The position numbers and the translations under genes were made by a program. A stretch of DNA of 62,969 nucleotides from an uncultured Chitinophagaceae bacterium (GTDB lineage: Bacteria > Bacteroidota > Ignavibacteria > UBA10030 > UBA8401), in assembly GCA_964361075.1 (NCBI GenBank), contig CAYHZL010000001.1:1-62969 (forward strand). Direction: 5' to 3'. Below are positions 19,567-28,873 of the stretch, in pieces. The stretch's first letter is position 1; every line of letters starts with the position of its first letter. Under the pieces are notes generated by a model. It saw only the letters and a program-made list of their open reading frames with translations. It was not told the origin of the DNA and made no database searches.

Positions 19567-19803
19567 TTATTTTACGTTTGCTTGAATATATTTTATTGCG
19601 TCGCCAACTGTGCCGATTTTTTCTGCCGCTTCATCGGGAATTGTTAAGCCGAATGCTTTTTCGAATTCCATAACCAATTCTACTGTATCAAGCGAATCTG
19701 CACCAAGATCGTTGGTGAAGGAAGCTGTGTCAGTAATTTGAGCTGCGTCTACACCCAGCTTGTTTACAATAATTTCTTTTACCTTTGCGGCCACATCTGC
19801 CAT
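19567..19803 (-). CDS. acpP: acyl carrier protein
   Basis: 78 aa with the phosphopantetheine attachment motif [11 protein letters not shown]. Confidence 0.97.
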   Translation of the reverse strand: MADVAAKVKEIIVNKLGVDAAQITDTASFTNDLGADSLDTVELVMEFEKAFGLTIPDEAAEKIGTVGDAIKYIQANVK

Positions 19804-19879
19804 TGTAGTATCTCCTTACAAAATTGATAATTGTCCCGAAGGGATGCCTTCGGCGTTATTTAATAAAACGTTAATTGAT

Positions 19880-20638
19880 TTACATTGCCATACCACCATC
19901 TACATTCAGCGTTTGTCCCGTGATGTAGTTTGAATCCGATGAAGCGAGAAAACAGACAACACTTGCAATTTCTTCCGGTGTAGCGATGCGCTTCAACGGA
20001 ATGATGCTCAAGATAGCTTCTTTTTGCTTCTCATTCAACTTTTCTGTCATCTCTGTTTCGATAAATCCGGGAGCGATTGCGTTCACTTGAATATTGCGAG
20101 AAGAGAGTTCTTTTGCAATAGATTTTGTAAAACCGATAACTCCCGCTTTCGATGCTGCGTAATTTGCTTGTCCTGCATTTCCTGTAACGCCAACGATTGA
20201 AGAAATGTTGATAATTTTGCCCGCATGCTGGCTCATCATTTGCCGGCAAACAGCTTTTGTAAAATTGAAAACACTTTTTAAGTTTGTCTGAATAACATCA
20301 TCCCAATCTTGTTCGCTCATGCGCATCAGCAATCCATCTTTTGTGATGCCGGCATTATTCACCAAAATATCCAAGCGGCCAAATTGCTGAATGACGTTTT
20401 GCACTACTTCATTTGATTGTGTAGTGTCGGCAGCATTGGATTGAAATGCAACGGCTTTTCTTCCCAATGCTTGCACTTCGGCAACTAATGCATTCGCTTC
20501 TTCAACTCGACTGCGGTAAGTAAATGCAACATCCGCTCCCGAATGCGCCAATGCGCTAACAATAGATTTTCCGATGCCGCGCGAGCCGCCGGTTACAAGA
20601 GCAATTTTTCCAGAAAGATTATAGTTTGTCATTGTCAT
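19880..20638 (-). CDS. fabG: 3-oxoacyl-ACP reductase
   Basis: SDR with TGGSRGIG and YAASKAG motifs, in fab cluster context. Confidence 0.94.
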   Translation of the reverse strand: MTMTNYNLSGKIALVTGGSRGIGKSIVSALAHSGADVAFTYRSRVEEANALVAEVQALGRKAVAFQSNAADTTQSNEVVQNVIQQFGRLDILVNNAGITKDGLLMRMSEQDWDDVIQTNLKSVFNFTKAVCRQMMSQHAGKIINISSIVGVTGNAGQANYAASKAGVIGFTKSIAKELSSRNIQVNAIAPGFIETEMTEKLNEKQKEAILSIIPLKRIATPEEIASVVCFLASSDSNYITGQTLNVDGGMAM

Positions 20639-20662
20639 TTAAAAAATAGATGAACATATTAG

Positions 20663-21250
20663 TTACAAATTCATTTTCGATAATTCTGCAACTTGGTAAT
20701 GTTGCAATTTTTTATAGTCCTCTTCGCCCAGCATAAACACTAATTCATCTTTGCACGAATCAACAAGCGTATTTTCTTTACCTTCACTTACAATCGAGCA
20801 GCACTTCGCATTGTCTTGTTGATAATCATCAAACGTAAGCAATCCATCCACAACGGTAATAGGAAACGCGATGCAATAGAATGGTTTTATTTTCCAACGG
20901 TCGCCAAGTTCTTCGCCGCTGAACAGTTGAATGCTGCACTGTCCGCTTTTTTTCAGGAATGTACATTTGTTATTGAATACCGCTGTGCCGATTGCTCTGG
21001 CAGATTCAAAATCATGATCTTCAATTTCTTCCGCATCAAACCATTTCGAATCGTCGGTTGTCTGCGAATCATCCATGTATTTTTTTATCTGTTCTTTATA
21101 GGAAAGAACAACATCGCACTCTTTCACATCAACCCATACACCGGATGAGCAACAAGTTGTCTGACATTCGTACGGTCCGCATCCTTTGGCAAAACCTTTT
21201 TCAAAAAGAACGGGATCTATTTTATATTTTCCAATTTGTAAATCGCTCAT
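20663..21250 (-). CDS. DUF3109-like Cys-rich protein
   Basis: The C-x4-C-x3-CC motif (CGPYECQTTCC) plus later Cys residues resembles DUF3109/YkgJ-type metal-binding proteins. The start is moved to the ATG at 21250, since the track start 21259 is a TTG. Confidence 0.5.
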   Translation of the reverse strand: MSDLQIGKYKIDPVLFEKGFAKGCGPYECQTTCCSSGVWVDVKECDVVLSYKEQIKKYMDDSQTTDDSKWFDAEEIEDHDFESARAIGTAVFNNKCTFLKKSGQCSIQLFSGEELGDRWKIKPFYCIAFPITVVDGLLTFDDYQQDNAKCCSIVSEGKENTLVDSCKDELVFMLGEEDYKKLQHYQVAELSKMNL

Positions 21251-21255
21251 CACAT

Positions 21256-21356
21256 TCAAAATATTTGATGACTACCGGCCTGTCGAGTTATTTCGTAGCC
21301 AAACAGTTTAGCTTTTTCGCAAGTTCACTTCCCGATACATCACGCGGCAATTTCAT
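21256..21356 (-). pseudogene. Decayed hicA-family toxin remnant (frameshifted and truncated)
   Basis: Hand translation from the ATG at 21356 gives MKLPRDVSGSELAKKLNC, then a stop a few codons on. Shifting the frame by one nt at a TTT run gives FGYEITRQAGSHQIF followed by a stop. Together these resemble a HicA N-terminus with the G-Y-E-x-T-R-Q-x-G-S-H catalytic-His region, but the C-terminal half is missing. The ATG overlaps the upstream hicB-like TGA as ATGA. Confidence 0.55.
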
Positions 21357-21562
21357 ACAGCGATCGTTTCTTCTTTTACAAAATGAAGTCGAATAACTTT
21401 CGGAGTGTTTCCTTCTTCAAAATGACATTGAACTGCATCCTTAATCATTCTTCGCAATTCATCCATCGTATCGGCTTCAGTAAAAATTGATTCGCCTAAC
21501 GCACGAGCAGTAAAACCACCTTCAGGTGATTCTTCGACGAGAAAAATAATTTCGTTACTCAT
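21353..21562 (-). CDS. HicB-like (UPF0150) small antitoxin-fold protein without a DNA-binding domain
   Basis: 69 aa. IIFLVEESPEGGFTARALGESIFTEADTMDELRRMIKDAV fits the short HicB-like family that is often misannotated as a 2-oxoisovalerate dehydrogenase subunit. Confidence 0.55.
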   Translation of the reverse strand: MSNEIIFLVEESPEGGFTARALGESIFTEADTMDELRRMIKDAVQCHFEEGNTPKVIRLHFVKEETIAV

Positions 21563-21566
21563 TGCT

Positions 21567-22478
21567 TCATCCTTTCTTTATAGCAACTTCTGCTGCTGTA
21601 TCAACACCTTCCACTTGCACGTTTGGTGCAATGCGCTTCACTAATCCTTGCAATACCTTGCCCGGACCAACTTCAATAAATTTCAGTGCACCGCTTGCAG
21701 ACATGTTCTGCACAGATTCTTCCCATCGCACAGGATTTGTAACTTGTTCGAACAGCAATGTGCGAATCTCATTTGCATTCACAACAGGTTGCGCCGTTAC
21801 ATTTGCATAGACAGGAATTTTTGCATCGCGGATTTCTGTTGCATCCAACGCTTCCTTTAATTTATCTTGTGCCGATTGCATGAGCGGAGAATGAAATGCG
21901 CCGCTCACAACAAGTTCTTTCACCAATTTTGCGCCGCGCTCCTTTGCAAGTTCCATTGCTTTGCGCACGCCGTTCATTGATCCGGAAATAACAATTTGCC
22001 CCGGCGAATTAAAATTTGCCGGCTGCACAATTCCTGCGGATGAAGCTGCAACGCACACTTCTGTTACGATATTTGGATCGAGACCAACCACTGCTGCCAT
22101 TGTTCCGGGATTTTCTTCTCCGGCTTTCTGCATTAACTCACCGCGCAAGCGAACAAGTTGTATTGCAGAATCAAACGAGAGCGCGCCGCTTGCAACAAGC
22201 GCGGAATATTCACCGAGCGAATGTCCGGCGAGCATCGCGGCATCAATCGGCTGTAAAAGATTCCACACGGCAACACTGTGAAGAAAAATTGCCGGCTGCG
22301 TATTCTTCGTTTGCTTTAATTCCTCTTCCGGTCCTTCAAAACAAATTTTGGAAAGCGAAACGCCGAGCAATTCATCCGCGCGCGCAAATAATTCTTTTGC
22401 TTGCGGATACTGCTCGCATACATCTTTTCCCATCCCAACATATTGGGATCCTTGTCCCGGAAAAACGTACGCCGTCAT
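21567..22478 (-). CDS. fabD: malonyl CoA-ACP transacylase
   Basis: FPGQGSQ and GHSLGEYSAL motifs. Confidence 0.96.
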   Translation of the reverse strand: MTAYVFPGQGSQYVGMGKDVCEQYPQAKELFARADELLGVSLSKICFEGPEEELKQTKNTQPAIFLHSVAVWNLLQPIDAAMLAGHSLGEYSALVASGALSFDSAIQLVRLRGELMQKAGEENPGTMAAVVGLDPNIVTEVCVAASSAGIVQPANFNSPGQIVISGSMNGVRKAMELAKERGAKLVKELVVSGAFHSPLMQSAQDKLKEALDATEIRDAKIPVYANVTAQPVVNANEIRTLLFEQVTNPVRWEESVQNMSASGALKFIEVGPGKVLQGLVKRIAPNVQVEGVDTAAEVAIKKG

Positions 22479-22521
22479 AAGTTCAAAATGTAAAATTCAA
22501 ATTGCAAAGAGAGAATAATAT

Positions 22522-22695
22522 GTCGCCCCTCTGGGGCTTGACTGTTGATGCTTGTACGTTGTTACAAATATTTCGCTCCTAGCGGAGCTTTGGAAATATG
22601 TGCTATTCCATCAAAGATCATTGGTTTATAGTCCCGAAGGGACGAAATATTTGTAGAACGAATGACCCATCTGTATTCAAGCTCCGTAGGAACGA
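22522..22695. repeat. Cluster of short hairpin modules between fabD and fabH
   Basis: Contains GCCCCTCTGGGGC (22525-22537), GCTCCTAGCGGAGC (22575-22588) and GTCCCGAAGGGAC (22631-22643). The long-range pair GTTACAAATATTTCG (22561-22575) and CGAAATATTTGTAG (22643-22656) brackets them. The track ORF 22598..22855 is judged spurious. Confidence 0.6.
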
Positions 22696-22798
22696 CATAA
22701 AAACCGATTCAATCATGCATTTGCGTAACTTTAGTTTTAAAATTAATTGTGTGGATGTCTTTCGAGTTTTAACTTTGCAATTTTTACTTTTAACTATT

Positions 22799-23791
22799 TT
22801 AGTACGCCCACTTCACGTACACCGCGCCCCATGTGTAGCCCGCGCCGAAGCTTGACAAAATAAGATTCTGTCCTTTTTTCACTTTGCCAGCATGCCACCA
22901 TTCTGAAAGTGCAAGCGGAATTGTTGCCGCTGTGGTGTTGCCATATTTGCTGATATTGATCATCACTTTTGACTCATCTAATTCCATACGTCTGGCAGTT
23001 GCATCAATAATGCGCAAGTTTGCCTGATGAGGAACAAGCCAATCAATATCGGCACCGGTTAAATTATTGCGGTGCATAACTTCAGCAGAAACATCTGCCA
23101 TTCCAATTATGGCAACTTTAAAAATTGCTTTTCCATCTTGATAGATATAGTGCAGTTTTTTATCAATCGTTTCGTGCGTTGGCGGATTTAAACTTCCGCC
23201 GCCTTTCATATAAAGATGTTCGCCGCCGTTTCCATCAGAATATAATTTGTGATCAAGTACTCCAACATTCGGATCGTTGCTTGGTTCAAGAAGCACCGCA
23301 CCGGCGCCATCGCCGAATAAAATACATGTGTTGCGGTCTGTGTAATCGAGAATTGCGCTCATTTTATCCGCACCAATGACGAGAACTTTTTTATATGCAC
23401 CGGTTTCAACCAATTGTGAACCAAGTGTTATTGCATACACAAATCCTGAACATGCCGCAGACACATCGAAGCCCCATGCGTTCTTTGCACCAATTTTTTG
23501 TTGAAGCACACATGCTGTTGCCGGGAAAAACATGTCGGGTGTAACGGTGGCGAAAATAATCACATCTATTTCTTCCGCGCTAATGCCGCGATTTTTCAAC
23601 AGCATCTCCGTGGCTTTCACGCCCATATCAGATGTTCCGCCATGTTCCAAGACGCGTCGTTCGCTAATTCCTGTTCGTGTGCGAATCCATTCATCATTTG
23701 TGTTCACCATTTTTTCTAATTCAAGATTGGTCAACACTTTTTCCGGAACATAGTGACCAACCGCTGTAATTGCTGCTCGAATTGTACTCAT
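22799..23791 (-). CDS. fabH: 3-oxoacyl-ACP synthase III
   Basis: 330 aa with the active-site AACSGF, plus HQAN and GNTTAA motifs. Confidence 0.96.
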   Translation of the reverse strand: MSTIRAAITAVGHYVPEKVLTNLELEKMVNTNDEWIRTRTGISERRVLEHGGTSDMGVKATEMLLKNRGISAEEIDVIIFATVTPDMFFPATACVLQQKIGAKNAWGFDVSAACSGFVYAITLGSQLVETGAYKKVLVIGADKMSAILDYTDRNTCILFGDGAGAVLLEPSNDPNVGVLDHKLYSDGNGGEHLYMKGGGSLNPPTHETIDKKLHYIYQDGKAIFKVAIIGMADVSAEVMHRNNLTGADIDWLVPHQANLRIIDATARRMELDESKVMINISKYGNTTAATIPLALSEWWHAGKVKKGQNLILSSFGAGYTWGAVYVKWAY

Positions 23792-23799
23792 ATTCTTTC

Positions 23800-23838
23800 A
23801 AAAAAAATCTGCTGAGTCTTTAAGACTAAACAGATTTT
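23800..23838 (-). terminator. Rho-independent terminator downstream of plsX
   Basis: On the minus strand, the hairpin AAAATCTGTTTAGTC-TTAAA-GACTCAGCAGATTTT is followed by a run of eight T. Confidence 0.6.
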
Positions 23839-23854
23839 CCGTTTACTTTCCTTA

Positions 23855-24889
23855 TTATTGAGATTGTTGAGATTGTTGAATTTTTTCTTGAATCTGTTGA
23901 TTTACTTTTTGCAGCACAACTTCTTCCGCACGAAACAACATATTTTTTATGGCTTTTGCCGGAGAACTTCCGTGTCCAATAATTGTTACGCCGTTTACAC
24001 CAAGAAGCGGTGCGCCGCCATGTTCCGTATAGTCTAATTGCTTAAACACTTCGCGCAGCGGCGAACGCATTACGCCGATGAAAAGTTTTTTGAGAAAGCT
24101 TTCTTCCGCATAATTTTTGAATTGCGCTTTTAAAAATCCGGGGATACTTTCGGCGAACTTCAGCAAAATATTTCCGGTAAAACCATCGCACACCGCAACA
24201 TCAACATTTCCTTTCAGCAAATCGCGCCCTTCAACATTGCCGATGAAATTCATCGACCCTTTGCGTTCAGTAAAAATTTTATACGCTTCTTTCGCACACT
24301 CGTCGCCTTTTGTTTCTTCTTCGCCAATGTTCAACAAACCAACACGCGGATTTTTTTTCTTGAATACATACTCGGAATAAATACTTCCCATCACACCAAA
24401 CTCAAATAAATAATGCGGCTTCGCATCGGTTACAGCACCTGCATCAAGAATTAATGTTGGTCCGCTTTCAGAAGGAAAAATTGCTGCCACTGCCGGACGA
24501 CTGACACCGGGAATTCTTCCCAAAATTAGTGTTGATGCCGCCGTTACTGCACCGGTATTTCCCGCGCTGACGAATGCATCAACTTTTTTTTCTTTGTGAA
24601 GATTCATTCCAATAACCAACGACGAATTTGGTTTTTGTTTGAGTGCAACAACCGGAGAGTCGTGCATATCAATCACTTCAGTTGCCGGTACAACGGAAAG
24701 ATTAAACCCTTCACCTTTGTGTTTGCGCAATTCTTCACGAATTGCATTTTCTTTTCCAATGAGGACAACGTGAAAGCGATTGTTGCATTGTTGTAACGCT
24801 TCAACAGCTCCTTGCACTTCGCTGGCAGGCGCAAAATCTCCGCCCATCGCATCGAGCGCAATTCGAAGTTGTTGTGTTGGCGAGTTCAC
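23855..24889 (-). CDS. plsX: phosphate acyltransferase
   Basis: 344 aa, PlsX-like (IALDAMGGD, VSAGNTGA). It sits between rpmF and fabH as in many bacteria. Confidence 0.94.
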   Translation of the reverse strand: MNSPTQQLRIALDAMGGDFAPASEVQGAVEALQQCNNRFHVVLIGKENAIREELRKHKGEGFNLSVVPATEVIDMHDSPVVALKQKPNSSLVIGMNLHKEKKVDAFVSAGNTGAVTAASTLILGRIPGVSRPAVAAIFPSESGPTLILDAGAVTDAKPHYLFEFGVMGSIYSEYVFKKKNPRVGLLNIGEEETKGDECAKEAYKIFTERKGSMNFIGNVEGRDLLKGNVDVAVCDGFTGNILLKFAESIPGFLKAQFKNYAEESFLKKLFIGVMRSPLREVFKQLDYTEHGGAPLLGVNGVTIIGHGSSPAKAIKNMLFRAEEVVLQKVNQQIQEKIQQSQQSQ

Positions 24890-24984
24890 ATGTGTGAGAT
24901 TTAGTGAATAAAAAAAATTAAGAATTACAAAAAACGGTTGGCACCATACTTCATAATTCTTAATTCATCTTTTTGTACACTGTA

Positions 24985-25167
24985 TTACGCTTGCTTCGGA
25001 ACGAAGAGCGAACGGCCATTGTAAAATCCACAGCTTGGGCACGCACGATGTTGCAGCTTCATTTCGTGGCAATTCGGACATTCGATAGTTGATGAGGCAA
25101 CTGCTTTATAATGTGTTCGGCGTTTTCTTCCGCGTGTTTTGGAATGACGTCGTTTCGGATTTGGCAT
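24985..25167 (-). CDS. rpmF: 50S ribosomal protein L32
   Basis: 60 aa, MPNPKRRHSKTRGRKRRTH, with a CxxC...CxxC zinc ribbon. Confidence 0.96.
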   Translation of the reverse strand: MPNPKRRHSKTRGRKRRTHYKAVASSTIECPNCHEMKLQHRACPSCGFYNGRSLFVPKQA

Positions 25168-25202
25168 TGTATTATTTCCTTACTAAATAAACGAAGTTAA
25201 TA

Positions 25203-25724
25203 TTAATTCAAATTCTTTTTTACCGGACTGTCGAGCATTTCTCGCAGTGCGTTCCATCGTGGGTCAATTTTCTGCATGGTATTACAATTGCACTGTTCTT
25301 CATTCAGATTTATTCCACACACTGAACACAATCCTGCACAATCATTTTTGCACAACCGCTTGTACGGAACCGCTAATGCAATATACTCTTTTACATCTGC
25401 GGAAATATCAATAACATTTTTACCTTCCGCTATGATGTAAAAATCTTCACCTTCAAGACCGGTATGATCTTTTGCATTCCGGACGTACGCAGAATGAAAT
25501 GTTGTTTGTATTTCTTTTTTGAAATCAGAAGCACAACGATCGCAAACAAAATTGCCCAGCGCAGAAACTTCAACGCGTAACAATATCTGATTTGCAGTTT
25601 TTTCAAGCTCAACGCCGGCTGTTGCATCGCCTGAAAAAAGACTTTCCAGCCCTATTTCCGCACAACTTTTTACGAGTGTATAAACGTGCGTTCCTTCGGG
25701 AAGCTTGGAGATACTAATTTCCAT
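25203..25724 (-). CDS. yceD: DUF177 (YceD-like) protein
   Basis: 173 aa with a C-terminal Cys cluster (CKNDCAGLCSVCGINLNEEQCNC). It occupies the conserved position upstream of rpmF. Confidence 0.85.
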   Translation of the reverse strand: MEISISKLPEGTHVYTLVKSCAEIGLESLFSGDATAGVELEKTANQILLRVEVSALGNFVCDRCASDFKKEIQTTFHSAYVRNAKDHTGLEGEDFYIIAEGKNVIDISADVKEYIALAVPYKRLCKNDCAGLCSVCGINLNEEQCNCNTMQKIDPRWNALREMLDSPVKKNLN

Positions 25725-25877
25725 ACGTTCAACAGCTCAAAATAAAGGAATAACACGTTGTCATATCAAAAAATGCACTCAAAATTGAAAAATGTGCAAT
25801 TAATATAGTGATTCCGAAAAAGAGAGTCAAGATTTTGTGGATTCAGTTCTTCGTGTTGTGTATTTTAACTGACATGT

Positions 25878-27194
25878 ATGAAAAGTCATTCTATTCAAAC
25901 TCGATTATTGATTGTGCTGCTTGTTGCATTTCTTCTGCGCCTCTATGTTGCAGCAGCAACGCGCATGCCGCTGCAATCTGATTCGCTCGAATATTATTCG
26001 TTAGCAACAAATCTTGCCCAACATCATCAGTATTCGTTTGAAAACACAATCACTGCCTACAGACCGCCCGCGTATTCATTTTTTCTTTCAGCCGTGCTTA
26101 CCATTTCGCAATCAGAAACATCTGCAAGAGTAGCGCAGGCTTTTTTAGAAACAATAAACTGTCTTTTACTCTTTGCACTCGGCAGAAAATTTATTTCTGA
26201 ACACGCAGGCATTTGGGCTGCTGTGTTATGGGCTTTTTTTCCAGTCAGCATTGTGCAATCAGTTTTTTTATTATCGGAATCATTGTTCACTGCAATTGCA
26301 CTGGGAATGGTTTTGCTCCTTTCTTCCAATAGCTTTTCTGGAAAGCAAAAACCTTTGCTGCTGGGCGTATTGTTTGGATGCACAATTTTAACAAAACCAC
26401 AATCTGCGTTGTTCATTCTGCCGATTATGATGTTTGCAAAAATTCGGCTTCCACAAAAAAAACAATTACTCCGTTATGGCTTTCAATGTATTCTCGGAAT
26501 AATTTTAGTTGTATCGCCCTGGGTCGTAAGAAATGTTTTAGTCTTTGGCAAACCATTGATTTCTACAAATGGAGGCGTAAATTTTTGGATTGGACATAAT
26601 GAAGAAGCAAACGGCTCATATAAAATTCCCAAAATTAATCCGTTAGATATTATTACGAATGAAATTGAGCGAAGTAATGCAGGATATCAACTTGGATGGC
26701 AATTCATTCGCACTGAGCCGAAAAAAGAAGCTGTACTTTTGATAAAAAAGTTAGGTTATTTTTTTTCATCGCAAACTCCGCTGGTCATCGCATTGCACAA
26801 GACAACAGAAGGATTTCCTTCGAACAGTTCATATAAAGATAAAGCACATCAATCTTCTTTGTGGATGTTGTTTCTGTTTAATGCTCAATATATGCTCTAT
26901 CTGCTCTGCGGTACAGCGGGGTTTATTGCAGCATACAACAGGAAGGAAAGCACTCACAATCTTTTTCTTTGTAGCTTTCTTTTGTGGATACTATTACACC
27001 TTATGTATTTCACGATGTCGCGATACAATTTTCCTGCGCTTCCTTTTTTTGTTTTATGGTGTGTACATTTGTATCACAACCGAGCGCAGGTACGATTAAT
27101 AAGCAAACGTAAAATTATAGCTATTATCTTTTGCACTCTTGGATTGTTGACGTTGTGGGGAATTGAGCTTGCAATAATTATTTCAAACAACTAA
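25878..27194 (+). CDS. GT39/ArnT-like (GT-C fold) membrane glycosyltransferase
   Basis: 438 aa and polytopic. The N-terminal loop motif (DSLEYYSLATNLAQHHQY...YRPPAYSFFLS) is typical of PMT_2/ArnT-like enzymes. Confidence 0.6.
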   Translation: MKSHSIQTRLLIVLLVAFLLRLYVAAATRMPLQSDSLEYYSLATNLAQHHQYSFENTITAYRPPAYSFFLSAVLTISQSETSARVAQAFLETINCLLLFALGRKFISEHAGIWAAVLWAFFPVSIVQSVFLLSESLFTAIALGMVLLLSSNSFSGKQKPLLLGVLFGCTILTKPQSALFILPIMMFAKIRLPQKKQLLRYGFQCILGIILVVSPWVVRNVLVFGKPLISTNGGVNFWIGHNEEANGSYKIPKINPLDIITNEIERSNAGYQLGWQFIRTEPKKEAVLLIKKLGYFFSSQTPLVIALHKTTEGFPSNSSYKDKAHQSSLWMLFLFNAQYMLYLLCGTAGFIAAYNRKESTHNLFLCSFLLWILLHLMYFTMSRYNFPALPFFVLWCVHLYHNRAQVRLISKRKIIAIIFCTLGLLTLWGIELAIIISNN

Positions 27195-27354
27195 TTAGTT
27201 CTCACTGAAATACTCTTTGTGCGTCATTGCGAGGCGTTTTTTTGCCGAAGTTCCAAAGGAATGCCTTCGGCACAATCTTAAAAATTTGAAGAAAAGATTG
27301 CTTCGCTCATAAAAAACACTCGCTCGCAATGACTTTTTCAGTGGGAACTAATTA
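27191..27354. repeat. Nested-palindrome element, family E copy 2, between convergent genes
   Basis: It is the inverted counterpart of 11696-11837, with an extra inserted module (TTCCAAAGGAATGCCTTCGGC). Its terminal repeats CTAATTAGTTC / GAACTAATTA contain the stop codons of both convergent genes (TAA at 27192-27194 on plus, TAA at 27354-27352 on minus). Confidence 0.7.
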
Positions 27355-28818
27355 TTTTTTAACTCTGTAGAGTGTATAATAGGTTGGATGAGGCGCAGAA
27401 ATTCCTAATCCATAAAATTTTTTTACCATTATTGTTTCCAGTGAAGCAGAAGCAAGCCGTGCAGGCACGATATTTCGTTCAATAATATAATCCGGTTTTA
27501 AAACATTTTCGTACACTTTTGTTCTCATGCCTTCTTCGTACGAAATTCCATGAAAAGCTTTTTTCATCTCCGGTACAATCAATCCTGCAGGATCATATAC
27601 TGCACGTTGTGAAATAAATCCGAGCACACCAACATCGGGAGCGACAACGGTTGCAGACGAATCAGAATTATCACGCAGCCATTCTGCTATCGGAAACAAA
27701 GCGTTCTCCACTCCCTGCGAAAATGCCGCAGTGTGTGGCAAAACTTTTTCCCAATACACGAATTGATTTACTGCAACGGTAACAGTAATAACAAGAACAA
27801 AAATTATTTTTTTGCTTCTGGCACTTAGTGCAATTTGCTGAATACTATATTTCAATGCCCAAGCACCATACACAATTACAAACGGTGTAATCAGCAAAAG
27901 ATAGCGCGATACTACCTGAACATCTTTTGCAGCGTATGCAATCGGCAATGCAATACACCACATAGCTGGAACACAATGAACATTCCGAAAATGTACTTTC
28001 TCCTGAATTAATAATACAATGACACCTGCAATTGCTGTGAAAATAAATACGCCGTTTGTTGCACCGATTATTTTAAGGATGTCTATACTTGCTGTAAAAA
28101 ATTGTGTGAGCGAATAGCTATGTGCAGATTTTCCTGCCAGCGTATTAGGGATCATTGTCCCGAAGTGATAGAAAGAAAATACCAACCATGGCACAACACT
28201 CGCTGCAAAAGGCAAAATCATTTTTATACTTGCGCGAAATCGTTTTTTTATTTGGGTGAGAAAAACGACATACAAAAGTACTATCGTAAAAAATAAAACA
28301 CCTTCGGGGCGGATGAGTGAGAGTAAACCTATTACACATGAGGCGGTAACATTTTTTTCTTTCAGCAGATATAGTAGAGAGAGCATCACTAAAAATACCG
28401 AACATGAAGTTTCCATGCCGGCACCACACCATCGCAACCACCATGCATCCGTAATAAATGCGAACACTGCAAAAAGAGTAAAGAAATCATCGCGTAAAAT
28501 TTTATGAGCCACGACAGCAAAGACAAGAATAGCAGCTAATGCAAATACAAGATCAAGTGCTTTTGCGTACCAATAGATATTGCTGCCGAGCAATGAACCG
28601 GCGGAAAGCAGTAATGCCCACAACGGTCCTGTTACACCATAACTTGGTGTGTTACCGTTGAATGAAAATCCGAAGCCATGCGCAATCTTGGTGCTATAGT
28701 GCAAATAAATAAATGTATCGTCGGGTGTATAATTTTTATGTTGTAAAACCATACACAGAAATACACCAAGCATACAAGAGAGAACGATACTTCGATATGG
28801 TATTGTGTAAGCCGTCAT
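27352..28818 (-). CDS. Polytopic membrane protein, possible GT-C-type glycosyltransferase
   Basis: 488 aa with many predicted TM helices. The N-terminal DDTFIYLHY...G.G.SFNG...GVTGPLW motif resembles uncharacterised GT-C-like families. The start is uncertain. Confidence 0.4.
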   Translation of the reverse strand: MTAYTIPYRSIVLSCMLGVFLCMVLQHKNYTPDDTFIYLHYSTKIAHGFGFSFNGNTPSYGVTGPLWALLLSAGSLLGSNIYWYAKALDLVFALAAILVFAVVAHKILRDDFFTLFAVFAFITDAWWLRWCGAGMETSCSVFLVMLSLLYLLKEKNVTASCVIGLLSLIRPEGVLFFTIVLLYVVFLTQIKKRFRASIKMILPFAASVVPWLVFSFYHFGTMIPNTLAGKSAHSYSLTQFFTASIDILKIIGATNGVFIFTAIAGVIVLLIQEKVHFRNVHCVPAMWCIALPIAYAAKDVQVVSRYLLLITPFVIVYGAWALKYSIQQIALSARSKKIIFVLVITVTVAVNQFVYWEKVLPHTAAFSQGVENALFPIAEWLRDNSDSSATVVAPDVGVLGFISQRAVYDPAGLIVPEMKKAFHGISYEEGMRTKVYENVLKPDYIIERNIVPARLASASLETIMVKKFYGLGISAPHPTYYTLYRVKK

Positions 28819-28825
28819 GTTATTT

Positions 28826-28862
28826 CAAAAAAGAAAAGCTCTTTCTAAAAAATTGAAAGAGC
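28826..28862 (-). terminator. Rho-independent terminator-like hairpin
   Basis: GCTCTTTC (28838-28845) pairs with GAAAGAGC (28855-28862), followed on the minus strand by TTTTCTTTTTTG. It lies immediately upstream of the 28818 start codon. Confidence 0.45.
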
Positions 28863-28873
28863 CTCACGCACTA

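Noticed and set aside
24918-24963. A hairpin TTAAGAATTA...TAATTCTTAA after rpmF as a terminator
   Set aside because: The stem is AT-only and the loop is about 26 nt. A T-run follows on the minus strand, but the structure is too weak to call confidently without folding energies.
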